Positions 8,239-16,745 of a stretch of 30,131 nt of DNA are shown piece after piece. Below the pieces are notes generated by a model that had not been told where the DNA came from, made no database searches, and was given only the letters and a program-made list of their open reading frames with translations. Each line of letters starts with the position of its first letter. Position 1 is the stretch's first letter. Where the stretch lies: assembly GCA_043754535.1 (NCBI GenBank), contig JAYUUN010000103.1, positions 62,001 through 92,131 of the forward strand, written 5' to 3'. Source of the DNA: Chloroflexota bacterium (GTDB taxonomy: Bacteria > Chloroflexota > Chloroflexia > QHBQ01). A program made the position numbers and the translations under genes.

Positions 8239-10767
8239 ATGAAGAAGCAAGTTATGGGCTACGCTGGGTACCTGCTACTAGCCATGCTGCTGCTCGGTAC
8301 CGTGCCAGCGGCGGGAGCCAGCCACCCCAACGGCAAGCTGGCTGCCAAAGCAGCGGCGGCCAGTCCGCAGCTGGGGCAAGTGCCGCTGGGGGTGGGTATC
8401 GAGGGGGTCAGCGACCTCTCGCGTTCGCAGATGTTTGTGGATGCGATGAAGATGTCGCTGCGCTTTGGCGGCCTGGACAACCCCTGGCTGGGCAGCATTG
8501 TGGTAGACAGTGCGGGCTGGCCGACCAGCGACTTCGCCGTGGTGGTGATGGAGCTTACCGCCCATATTGGCGGCACCTACAAGCTGACCTTCAGCGGCCA
8601 AGCCGACGTGACTGCGATGTGGAGCGAGGCAGTAGTGCAAAATTACGCCTACAACGCAACGACTGGGGTCAGCACCGCCGACGTAGTGGTGAACGACACG
8701 GCCACACAGTTGCTGCTCAAGTTCGTCAACACAGGTGGTGGGGCGCGCAACATCAAGCTGATCCGCCCAGGCTACCCCGCCGACACCACGCAGGTGTTCA
8801 GCACCGCCTTCCTCAACCTGCTGCAACCCTTCAGCGTAATTCGCTTCATGGACTTCACCGCCACCAATGGCAACCTGGTGGCAAACTGGGCAGATCGCAC
8901 CCCCCTCAATGCCGTGCGCCAGGTCTCGGACAAGGGGGCGGCCTGGGAGTACGTGGTGCAACTGGCGAACACCACGCACAAAGACATCTGGATCAACATA
9001 CCAGCCCACGCGACTGACGACTACGTGCAGCAACTTGCCACCCTCTTGCACAACAACCTGGAAGCAGGGCGCAGCATCTACCTTGAGTATAGCAACGAGG
9101 TGTGGAATGGTGGCTTCGAGCAGTTCGCCTGGAACAAGGCACAGGCCGAGGTCGAGGTTGCAGCAGGAGGTTCGCCGCTCAACGCTGACGGCGAGACCAA
9201 CCACGACTGGTGGGCATATCGGCGCGTCGGCAAGCGGCTGCGCGAGGTCAGCAACATCTTCGCCGCCAGCTTTGGCGAGCAACTGCCCAATGGGCGCATC
9301 CGCCCAGTGCTTGCCAGTCAGGTGTCGTGGCCGTTCGTCGCCTGGCAGCAACTCAACTTCCTCGACCGCAGCTACGGCCCGCCGCGAAACTACATCCACG
9401 CTATCGCCGGTGCGCCCTACTTCGACATCCCCGAAGCCCTCAGCAACCGCGACGACCTGACCGCTGACCAGATATTCACCGCCCTTGCTACCAGTCTTGC
9501 CGACATCCGCAAGGCTACAGCCAGCTATACCGCCTTTGCCCGCTATTACGGCCTACACAACTTTGCCTACGAGGGGGGTGAGGGCTTGACTGGCAACCAC
9601 AGCTACGAGGCCAAGCTAGCCGCCACCCGCGACCCGCGTATGGGCAACGTGGTGCAGCAGTACCTGACCAACTGGTATGCTGACGCAGGCGAACTGTTCA
9701 TGTACTTCACCTTGACTAGCGGCTACAGCCAGTGGGGTTTCTGGGGGCTGACCGACAACGTGTTTGACGCGCAAACCCCCAAGTACCAGGGCGCATTGCG
9801 GGTGCTGGCCGCCGCCTACCCTGTGCTGAACACGGGATTGACGGTGCCGGGGACGATCCCAGCCACCAGCGTGACCACCAATATGCCCGGCTGGGTCTGC
9901 GTGCTAGAGGGCGACCACATCAACGCTGCTCTGAACAACTGCACCTTTGACTACCTGTTGGATGTGCCAGCGGCGGGCAGCTACACCCTGACCCTGCGGC
10001 TGGCGGCAGCGGGCAGCGGCAGGCAGGTGCGGGCGACGGTCAACAACAGCATCAGCCAGACCGTCAACATCGCCGACACTGGGGGCAGTGGCAACTACAG
10101 CGACGTAGCGGCGGGTACTTACCAGTTGACGGTGGGGCTGAACGTGCTGCGCCTGACCGCAGTGCAGAGCGGCTTCAACCTGCAATCGCTCACCCTCAAT
10201 GGCAGCGGCTGCAACCTCAGCTTCAACGACGTGCCGAGCAGCAACATCTTCCGGGCCGACATCCTCTATCTGGCTTGCCGCAATATCGTAGGCGGCTTCC
10301 CCGACGGCAGCTTCAGGCCGAACGCCAGCACCACAAGGGGGCAGTTCGCCAAAATAGCCGCGCTAGCCTTCGGCATCCCTCCCTTCACGCCCAGCAGCCC
10401 CAGCTTCAACGACGTGCCGAGCAGCTACTTTGCCTACGCCTACATAGAGGCGGCAGCCCACGCCGGGGTGATCACCGGCTTCCCCGACGGTAGCTTCAGG
10501 CCCAATCAGAACGTGACGCGGGCGCAGGTGGCGGTGATCACTGTGCGCGGGCGCGGCTATGCCAGCCTTACCCCTGCCAACCCGACCTTCAGCGACGTGG
10601 CGGCCAACAACTTCGCCTTCGCCGCTGTCGAGACGCTGGCCGCTCGCAATGTCCTGAGTGGGGCCGCCTGCCCTGGCAGCACCGCCCTCTGCTTCCGCCC
10701 CAACGACAACATCCGACGCGGCGAGTTGTCGAAGGTGGTACACAGGGCCATTGACAGCGCACCGTAG
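8239..10767 (+). CDS. Secreted surface-anchored putative glycoside hydrolase (clan GH-A-like barrel + CBM6/35-like module + three SLH repeats)
   Basis: Signal peptide; IRFMD, YLEYSNEVWN (acid/base NE) and AYEGG (nucleophile) motifs; beta-sandwich (DVPAAGSYTLTLR...LTVGLNVLRL); SLH repeats FNDVP...GFPDGSFRPN..TRGQ. Confidence 0.8.
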   Translation: MKKQVMGYAGYLLLAMLLLGTVPAAGASHPNGKLAAKAAAASPQLGQVPLGVGIEGVSDLSRSQMFVDAMKMSLRFGGLDNPWLGSIVVDSAGWPTSDFAVVVMELTAHIGGTYKLTFSGQADVTAMWSEAVVQNYAYNATTGVSTADVVVNDTATQLLLKFVNTGGGARNIKLIRPGYPADTTQVFSTAFLNLLQPFSVIRFMDFTATNGNLVANWADRTPLNAVRQVSDKGAAWEYVVQLANTTHKDIWINIPAHATDDYVQQLATLLHNNLEAGRSIYLEYSNEVWNGGFEQFAWNKAQAEVEVAAGGSPLNADGETNHDWWAYRRVGKRLREVSNIFAASFGEQLPNGRIRPVLASQVSWPFVAWQQLNFLDRSYGPPRNYIHAIAGAPYFDIPEALSNRDDLTADQIFTALATSLADIRKATASYTAFARYYGLHNFAYEGGEGLTGNHSYEAKLAATRDPRMGNVVQQYLTNWYADAGELFMYFTLTSGYSQWGFWGLTDNVFDAQTPKYQGALRVLAAAYPVLNTGLTVPGTIPATSVTTNMPGWVCVLEGDHINAALNNCTFDYLLDVPAAGSYTLTLRLAAAGSGRQVRATVNNSISQTVNIADTGGSGNYSDVAAGTYQLTVGLNVLRLTAVQSGFNLQSLTLNGSGCNLSFNDVPSSNIFRADILYLACRNIVGGFPDGSFRPNASTTRGQFAKIAALAFGIPPFTPSSPSFNDVPSSYFAYAYIEAAAHAGVITGFPDGSFRPNQNVTRAQVAVITVRGRGYASLTPANPTFSDVAANNFAFAAVETLAARNVLSGAACPGSTALCFRPNDNIRRGELSKVVHRAIDSAP
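10218..10425 (+). repeat. Intragenic direct repeat between SLH domains 1 and 2
   Basis: CAGCTTCAACGACGTGCCGAGCAGC is identical at 10218-10242 and 10401-10425 (183-nt period). Confidence 0.85.
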
Positions 10768-10789
10768 CCAGTCAACCAACCATGCATCT

Positions 10790-11455
10790 TTATTCTTCAG
10801 GCGCGCTCTGCACCACAAAGCGCACGCGGTCGCCCACTTGCAGCAAGCTGGGGGGCTGGCGGTGGGCTTGCCAGAGGGGGGCGAGCGTGCGCCCGATGAT
10901 CTGCCAACCAGCGGGGGTGTCAAGGGCGTAGAGGCCGCTCTGCTGGCCCGCGATACCAATGCTGCCAGCGGGTACGTGCAGGCGCGGGCTGGCAAGGCGG
11001 GGCGTAGCCAATTCTGCTGGCAGACCAAGTAGATAAGCGAAACCGGGCGCGAAACCGAGCATCGCCACCGTGTAAATGGCCGCGCTGTGTTGGGCGATCA
11101 CTGCTGCCACGCTCAGGCCGCAGTGGGCGGCTACTTGCGCCAGGTCGGGGCCGTCCGCCTCGCCGTAGCTGACCACGATCTCTACCAACGCCCCTGCTGG
11201 CTCAACCTCAGCCAACTTATCCCCGCCTGTTACTGTGCTGCGTAGGAGGTGGCGCAGGGCTGCCTTGCTCAGGCGAGCCTCGTCGTAGCGGATTAGCAGG
11301 GAAGCGTAGGCAGGTACTAGCTCGTAGATAGCAGCGTGTGTCAGGCGACGGGCAGTGGCTTGCACCCGCAGGCTGGCGGCCACGCTGATCTCGTCGGCTA
11401 GCTCTACGAAGGCGGCCCCAGCGACGAAGGTGATGCGTGGCTTGGCGTAGATCAC
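10790..11455 (-). CDS. pxpB: 5-oxoprolinase subunit B (KipI/allophanate hydrolase subunit 1 family)
   Basis: ELVPAYASLLIRYD, YG..GPDL, LGFAPGFAYL, PRL.SPRLHVPAGSIGIAG.QSGLY, PAGWQIIGRT, GDRVRF. Confidence 0.9.
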   Translation of the reverse strand: MIYAKPRITFVAGAAFVELADEISVAASLRVQATARRLTHAAIYELVPAYASLLIRYDEARLSKAALRHLLRSTVTGGDKLAEVEPAGALVEIVVSYGEADGPDLAQVAAHCGLSVAAVIAQHSAAIYTVAMLGFAPGFAYLLGLPAELATPRLASPRLHVPAGSIGIAGQQSGLYALDTPAGWQIIGRTLAPLWQAHRQPPSLLQVGDRVRFVVQSAPEE

Positions 11456-12246
11456 CCAGGCTCAGTCGTGGTGGCAACAAAAACCATGTGTTCGCTGCCG
11501 CCATCAAACTCGCCGCCTGCGTAGTCGCCGTAGATAGCCTCAACCGCGTAGCCGCAGGTAGTAAGCAGGTGTTCCAGTTCGTAGCGGAAGCTGTGGCGGA
11601 GGGTAAGCGGAGCAAGCAGGCGGCGCAGGCTACCGTCCTCGGCCACCTCGTCGTAGATGAAGCTGACCTGCTCAAGCTGGCTGGCTGGGTCAAAGCTGCT
11701 GCTGAACCACTTTTGCACGTAGCCGCCCGTGCTGGGGTCAGCGTAGGTGCCTTGCAGCAGCAGGCCGCCAGGAGTGCCGAGGAAGTCGGGCCAGTTGGCA
11801 GGGCCAGGCAGGGTAAGGATCAGCCGCCCCTCCGCCGCCAGGTGGGGCCGCACCGCCCGCAAGCAGGCCTGCTGCTGCGCGACGCTGGTCAGGTACTGGA
11901 AGGTATTGAGGGCGACGATCACCAGGTCGGCGCGGTAGTCGGCGGCCAGTGCCAGGCTCTCCATCCGCCCAGCCACCAGCGCAAACTGTGCGCCCGCCAT
12001 GCGGCTTAGCTTGGTCTCGGCACGACGCAGCATGGCGGGCGAGGCATCCACCCCCAGCACGGCGCAACCCGCCTCGGCCAGGGCAAGCAGCAGCCGCCCG
12101 CTGCCGCAGCCCAGTTCCAGCACACGAGCTGGCTGGCTGGCGACGGCGGTCAGGTAGGTATAGTAGAGGCTGAGATCGTCATCATACTCCCCGTACTCAA
12201 GGTCGTAGTACAGGGCGAAGCGGTCGAGAGCGGCCTGCTCGTTCAT
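11452..12246 (-). CDS. Class I SAM-dependent methyltransferase
   Basis: VLELGCGSGR motif I, GVDASPAML; start set at ATG 12246 after AAGGAG; GTGA overlap with pxpB. Confidence 0.9.
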   Translation of the reverse strand: MNEQAALDRFALYYDLEYGEYDDDLSLYYTYLTAVASQPARVLELGCGSGRLLLALAEAGCAVLGVDASPAMLRRAETKLSRMAGAQFALVAGRMESLALAADYRADLVIVALNTFQYLTSVAQQQACLRAVRPHLAAEGRLILTLPGPANWPDFLGTPGGLLLQGTYADPSTGGYVQKWFSSSFDPASQLEQVSFIYDEVAEDGSLRRLLAPLTLRHSFRYELEHLLTTCGYAVEAIYGDYAGGEFDGGSEHMVFVATTTEPG

Positions 12247-12256
12247 CGGCGACTCC

Positions 12257-12703
12257 TTAGCGCACCGTGGCGGTTGGGGCGGGGGTGGGCATCGGGGCAG
12301 GCGGCGCAATCTCAACCTTCGTCACCTCATTGCGGGCCGCCACCGCCCCAACCGCCGTCGTCGGGAAGTAGAAGTCGGCGCGGCTGGCGGCATCGTCGCG
12401 GCTGACCAGCACACCCTGGTAGGCGCGGCTGAAGTCGCCTACCAGCTTGTCGTTCAGCTTGCCAGCCACGAAGCTGACCCGCAGCAACAGGCGGCCATCC
12501 GCAGCAACAGCCAGACCACCAGGATCGGGGTTCTTGCCGTCGTTCTTGCCATCCACGTAGGCTTTGACCGCTGGCAGCAGCTTGGCCTGCCCCTCGTTGT
12601 TCGCTTTGACAAAAGAGTAGACGGCGTATGCGACCACCAGCAGCACTACTACCAGCAGTACGCGGCCCAGGACGTTCGGTTTATCGGTCAACTTGCGCTC
12701 CAA
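12257..12703 (-). CDS. Single-TM membrane protein with small extracytoplasmic domain
   Basis: 148-aa ORF, N-terminal TM helix, Pro/Thr tail; overlaps the 3' end of the upstream gene. Confidence 0.65.
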   Translation of the reverse strand: MERKLTDKPNVLGRVLLVVVLLVVAYAVYSFVKANNEGQAKLLPAVKAYVDGKNDGKNPDPGGLAVAADGRLLLRVSFVAGKLNDKLVGDFSRAYQGVLVSRDDAASRADFYFPTTAVGAVAARNEVTKVEIAPPAPMPTPAPTATVR

Positions 12704-13991
12704 TCAGTTTGCTAGCCAGCAACTCGGCCTGCACCCGGCTGACGATTTCGCCGTCAAGTTGGGCGCGCAGCAGTTCGCGTTGGATCGGCTTGTAGGCAGG
12801 GCCGGGTGGCAAGCCGAGGCGGGCGAGGTCGTCACCAGTGAGCAGCAGCTTGCTTTTGCTCAAGTCGTTCAGGTACAGCGTGACCGTCTCATGCTCTGGC
12901 GAGAGCAAGGCGTAGGCCCGCAATGCCGCCGACGAGTAGCCCTGCAAGGCCCAGTATACCGTACTACGCGGCTGCGGTGTCGTGCAAGCTAGCAGTTCCA
13001 GCCCTGGCACGCTTGCCCGCAGCAGGCCGAGAGCGTGCAGGTCGGCCCGCGTGCCAGGAGGCAGGTTAAGGCGGGCAGCCACCTCCCCTACTTGTGCTGG
13101 GTCGGCAGCCAGCAAGTCAACACAGATGGCAGCGTAGTAGGCGAGTTCGTCGCCCCCCAGCACGGCAAGGCGAACGAGGGCGGCCCTGCTGTTCAGGCTC
13201 AGGGCGAGGCCGGGGTGGATCGCTGTCAGTACGCCCAAATCGTTCAGGCGCAGCAGCATGGCGGAGGCGGTCGGCTCGTGCAGCACCTTCGCCAACTCGT
13301 GGCGCAAGCGGTCGGGCGAGAGGCGGGCGATCATCCCCCCCGCGACGGCGGCTTGTAGGTCAGCCAAAGTCTCCGCTGCCAGACCAAAGCCAAGCCGCAC
13401 GGCATAGCGTACAGCGCGGAAGATGCGGGTGGGGTCATCCACGAAGCTGCCCGCGTGCAGGACGCGTAGCAGCCCAGCGCGCAAGTCGGTCAGCCCGCCA
13501 TGCCGGTCGATCAGGGTGAGGTCGGGCAGGCGCAGGGCGAAGGCGTTGATCGTGAAGTCGCGGCGGGCGAGATCATCAGCGAGGCTGGCGAAGCTGACGG
13601 TGGGCAGGGCGGCGGGCTGGGCGTAAGTTTCGCGGCGGGTGGTCGCGTAATCGGCTTCGGCAGGCGGCTGACCCAGTCCCGGCTGCCACTCAAGGGCAGC
13701 AGTGCCAAACTGCGGGTGGCGGATCACCTTCGCGGCGGGCGTGAGACTGACGGCCACCGCTGTCGCCACCGCCTGCGCGTCGCCCTCCACCGCAAAGTCG
13801 AGGTCGCTGTTCGCCCGCTGCAAGAGGAGGTCACGCACTAGGCCGCCGACCAGGTAAAGCTGTAGGTCGAGTGCAGCCGCCTGTGCGCTGGTCGCATCCA
13901 GCAGAGCGCGGTGAGCGGCGGGCAGGCTAGTCCGCAACTGTTGGCCCAGCCAGGCCGGGTCGCTGTTGATCTGGCGCGCAAACTCGCTCAT
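12681..13991 (-). CDS. cca: Class II tRNA nucleotidyltransferase (CCA- or A-adding type)
   Basis: LVGGLVRD, DLD, FGT, RRDFTINA, DDPTR motifs; C-terminal LTGDDL..LGLPPGP; start at ATG 13991 (MSEFARQ). Confidence 0.9.
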   Translation of the reverse strand: MSEFARQINSDPAWLGQQLRTSLPAAHRALLDATSAQAAALDLQLYLVGGLVRDLLLQRANSDLDFAVEGDAQAVATAVAVSLTPAAKVIRHPQFGTAALEWQPGLGQPPAEADYATTRRETYAQPAALPTVSFASLADDLARRDFTINAFALRLPDLTLIDRHGGLTDLRAGLLRVLHAGSFVDDPTRIFRAVRYAVRLGFGLAAETLADLQAAVAGGMIARLSPDRLRHELAKVLHEPTASAMLLRLNDLGVLTAIHPGLALSLNSRAALVRLAVLGGDELAYYAAICVDLLAADPAQVGEVAARLNLPPGTRADLHALGLLRASVPGLELLACTTPQPRSTVYWALQGYSSAALRAYALLSPEHETVTLYLNDLSKSKLLLTGDDLARLGLPPGPAYKPIQRELLRAQLDGEIVSRVQAELLASKLIGAQVDR

Positions 13992-14027
13992 GCATCCAGT
14001 ATAGCACAGCGCGGCAAGGCTGGCGAG
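13972..14027. repeat. Direct repeat copy 1 (56 bp; contains the cca extended -10 and first codons)
   Basis: 54/56 identical to 14759-14814. Confidence 0.95.
13998..14006 (-). promoter_or_regulatory. Extended -10 (TGcTATACT) 6 nt before the cca ATG; leaderless promoter
   Basis: Minus strand TGTGCTATACT-GGATGC-ATG, no Shine-Dalgarno. Confidence 0.65.
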
Positions 14028-14034
14028 TGGTGGA

Positions 14035-14709
14035 CTAGGCACTCGCCTTCTGCGGCTTGCGCCAGCGATTGAGCAGTGGCACTAGCTGCCCAATCAGCAC
14101 CAGCATTATAGCAGCTATTACTGGCCAGCCGACAATGCTAGCAGCTTTAGTGAACGCTGCGTGGGGATACCATGCATCGTTGGCTATAGCGATGTCGACC
14201 GCAAACAGGGCGCAAAACGCAGTGAGCAGCAGGTAGGGTACGAGTAGAATTGTCCAGCCGCTGGCCCAGGCGCGATAGCTGTGGCTGCGAAGATGAGCAA
14301 CTACACACTTGGTCAGGCAAATAGTGCCTATTACAAAGGGCAAGGCCGCCACTGCGATACCAGCACCAAATGACGTGAGTGCCGCCTCGTCACCCATGTT
14401 GTTCAAGTCGTAGTCCGCTATCATACCGCTATGGTACAGGTCGTGTATATAGCTATCAGCAAAGTAACCGAATACCGTAACTACAAGGTAACCAACCAGG
14501 AGGGCTAGACCAAAATAAACCCACGCCCATGCACCCAGGCGACTACCCTGATCGCGCAGCACCGAGTCGCGGGCGGCAATCACGAACTGCGGCAACAACT
14601 GTGTCGCTGTCTCTACTGACTGCTCGTTAAGCTCGACTCTGTTGGCCTGTGCAGCTAGCACGTGCGGTGGCAAGGGGGCAGCTTGTTGCTTGGTCGGTTG
14701 TTCAATCAC
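14035..14709 (-). CDS. Hypothetical 4-TM membrane protein, low GC
   Basis: 224-aa ORF, GAGGAG RBS 7 nt before GTG, four hydrophobic segments; hand-counted GC about 44% over 14401-14520. Confidence 0.75.
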   Translation of the reverse strand: MIEQPTKQQAAPLPPHVLAAQANRVELNEQSVETATQLLPQFVIAARDSVLRDQGSRLGAWAWVYFGLALLVGYLVVTVFGYFADSYIHDLYHSGMIADYDLNNMGDEAALTSFGAGIAVAALPFVIGTICLTKCVVAHLRSHSYRAWASGWTILLVPYLLLTAFCALFAVDIAIANDAWYPHAAFTKAASIVGWPVIAAIMLVLIGQLVPLLNRWRKPQKASA

Positions 14710-14758
14710 AGGTGTACTCCTCTGCTAACCTTGCTGCTTGCTTGTCCCTGGTTAGGAT

Positions 14759-14814
14759 TGGCGCGCAAACTCGCTCATGCACCCAGTATAGCACAGCGCG
14801 GCAAAGCTGGCGAG
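14759..14814. repeat. Direct repeat copy 2 (56 bp)
   Basis: TGGCGCGCAAACTCGCTCATGCACCCAGTATAGCACAGCGCGGCAAAGCTGGCGAG; two substitutions versus copy 1. Confidence 0.95.
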
Positions 14815-14939
14815 CGGGGGTAAACGGGCTAGCTTCCAGTTCCACCAGACCCTACCGATGGGTGGAAGTTGGAAGTTGGAAGCTGACCTAATCTTGCTCA
14901 AGGGTTGCCAGGACGTAGCGACCCCTCTCGCTGGCAGCC

Positions 14940-15539
14940 TTAGTTCAGCGTGCGGTACACGTGCCAGATGCGCTGCACCGCCGTGAAGTTGGTGCCGACC
15001 GCCAGCAGGAGGAGCGCGGCCAGCAAGCCGTCTGACCAGAAGCCGCTAAGCAGCAGCCCGGCGGCCAGGATCATGATCCGCTCTGGGCGAGCCAGCAGCC
15101 CCACCTTGCATTCGATCTTCAGCGACTCTGCCTTTGCCCGCGTGTAGCTGACCATGCCACCGCCGACCAGCGCGATGAAGGCCAACACTACCCCCAATGT
15201 CCCCTGCGGCTGGAGGTCAAGCAGGTAGTAGAGGGCCACGCCGCCGAGCAGGGCAGCATCCGCGTAGCGATCCATCGTCGAGTCGAGGAAGGCACCGAAG
15301 GTACTCGCCCTGTCAGTCAGCTTCGCCAATGCACCGTCGAGCAGGTCGAAGCCAGTGGCGAAAATCATCAGCACCCCCCCCAGCACCAGGTAACCGCCTG
15401 CGATCACCGCTCCCACTGCCAGGGTGAGAAAGAAGCCCGCAATGGTCAGCATATTGGGGGTGATTGGGCTGTTGACGAAGAAGGTCATAATCCGACGAGC
15501 GATGCTGCGCCCCCACTCCTGTGCGTTCTCGTTAAACAT
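14940..15539 (-). CDS. CDP-alcohol phosphatidyltransferase, phosphatidylinositol-phosphate synthase-like
   Basis: ITPNMLT, DLLDGALAK...FGAFLDSTMDRYAD signature, VSYTRAKAE and RPER motifs of the PIP/AIP synthase subgroup; ATG 15539 after AGGAG. Confidence 0.88.
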   Translation of the reverse strand: MFNENAQEWGRSIARRIMTFFVNSPITPNMLTIAGFFLTLAVGAVIAGGYLVLGGVLMIFATGFDLLDGALAKLTDRASTFGAFLDSTMDRYADAALLGGVALYYLLDLQPQGTLGVVLAFIALVGGGMVSYTRAKAESLKIECKVGLLARPERIMILAAGLLLSGFWSDGLLAALLLLAVGTNFTAVQRIWHVYRTLN

Positions 15540-15580
15540 AGTTGCTCCTGTTCTGCTTTCAGTGGTTGATAAACAAGCGA

Positions 15581-16741
15581 TTACTGGTACTCTGTAGTAA
15601 GTGAACGGCTGATGCCCAGCACTTCTTCGCTGGTCTGCTGGTAGAAGGAGGCAATGCGGCGGGTAATCTTGTCCCACGAGTAGCGTTCGGCGTGCAGCCG
15701 CCCGACCGCGCCCATCTGCTTCCGCAACTCTGCATCGGCCAGCAGGCGGGTGAGGGCCAGGGCCAAGGCGTTCTCGTCCTTTGGCTCGGCCAGGAAGCCA
15801 GTGCTGCCATGTTCGAGGACGCTGGCGTAGCCTGCTATTTTGCCAGCTACCACCGGCGTGCCAGCGGCCATTGCCTCCAGCAGCACGATGCCAAAGCTCT
15901 CACCGCCGATGCTGGGAGCGCAGAAGATGTCGGCAGACTGGTAGTAGCGGGGCAAGTCCTCGTCGCTAACGAAGCCCACGAACTTCACGTCATTCTCGGT
16001 CAACCCATCCATATCGTCGGCAAACTCCTCTGGCTCGCCTTTGCCCGCGACGACCAGGCGCAGGCTGGGGAAGTAGGGTTTGAGCAGGGGGATGGCGCGG
16101 ATCAGATAGCGCAAACCCTTGCGCTGCTCGTTGATGCGGCCCACAAAGAGGATGTTCAGCCGCCCATCACGCATAAACTCAATCGGCGGCTGCGGCTGGC
16201 TGAAGCGGGCAACCTCTACCCCGTTGGGGATGATCTCGTAGCGGGCGGGGAAGTGTTCGTTGACGTAGTCGCGGGCGTAGCGTGAGACAGCAATGCGCCC
16301 GTGCAGCTTGCTGTTAAAGTAGTGCAAGATCGGCTTGCTGTAGCGGTAAGAGGTGCTGCCCCCCTCGCCGAAAGCGTGGAAGGTGGCAACGTTGATCGTG
16401 TGTGAGTGGCGCAAGACCGCCATAGGCACCACCGGCATGAATGGTTCGTGCAGGTGGATCAGGTCGAATGCCTCGGCAGCCAGTATCTCCTTCACGTAGT
16501 TCCAGAGCCAGAAGGAGAGGGAGATGCGGGCCACAGAGCCGTTGGCGGGGATGGCGATGATGCGGCGGCTGACCGGGTAGAAGTTCTTAGCCTCCGTCGC
16601 GTCAGCCGCCTCATTCGAGGTAGGAGCCATGATCTTGACCTCGTGGCCCAGCGCACGCAAGCCCTCATCCAGGTGGGCGATGTGGTCGGTTACGCCGCCT
16701 TTGTAGGGAAAGTCGTAGGGAGAAACCAGACAAATCTTCAC
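15581..16741 (-). CDS. GT4 glycosyltransferase, PimA-like (phosphatidylinositol alpha-mannosyltransferase)
   Basis: KICLVSPYDF..GGV, PANGSVAR, HLHEP, RKG, APSIGGESFGIVLLEAMAAG; GTG 16741 after GGAGG. Confidence 0.85.
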   Translation of the reverse strand: MKICLVSPYDFPYKGGVTDHIAHLDEGLRALGHEVKIMAPTSNEAADATEAKNFYPVSRRIIAIPANGSVARISLSFWLWNYVKEILAAEAFDLIHLHEPFMPVVPMAVLRHSHTINVATFHAFGEGGSTSYRYSKPILHYFNSKLHGRIAVSRYARDYVNEHFPARYEIIPNGVEVARFSQPQPPIEFMRDGRLNILFVGRINEQRKGLRYLIRAIPLLKPYFPSLRLVVAGKGEPEEFADDMDGLTENDVKFVGFVSDEDLPRYYQSADIFCAPSIGGESFGIVLLEAMAAGTPVVAGKIAGYASVLEHGSTGFLAEPKDENALALALTRLLADAELRKQMGAVGRLHAERYSWDKITRRIASFYQQTSEEVLGISRSLTTEYQ

Positions 16742-16745
16742 CGTC

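Noticed and set aside
13992..14042. N-terminal extensions in the ORF track for cca, and likewise for the kinase, methyltransferase, PIP synthase, PimA-like, hutH, 804-aa and GTPase ORFs
   Set aside because: The extensions overlap promoters or neighbouring genes; downstream starts have an RBS or leaderless geometry.
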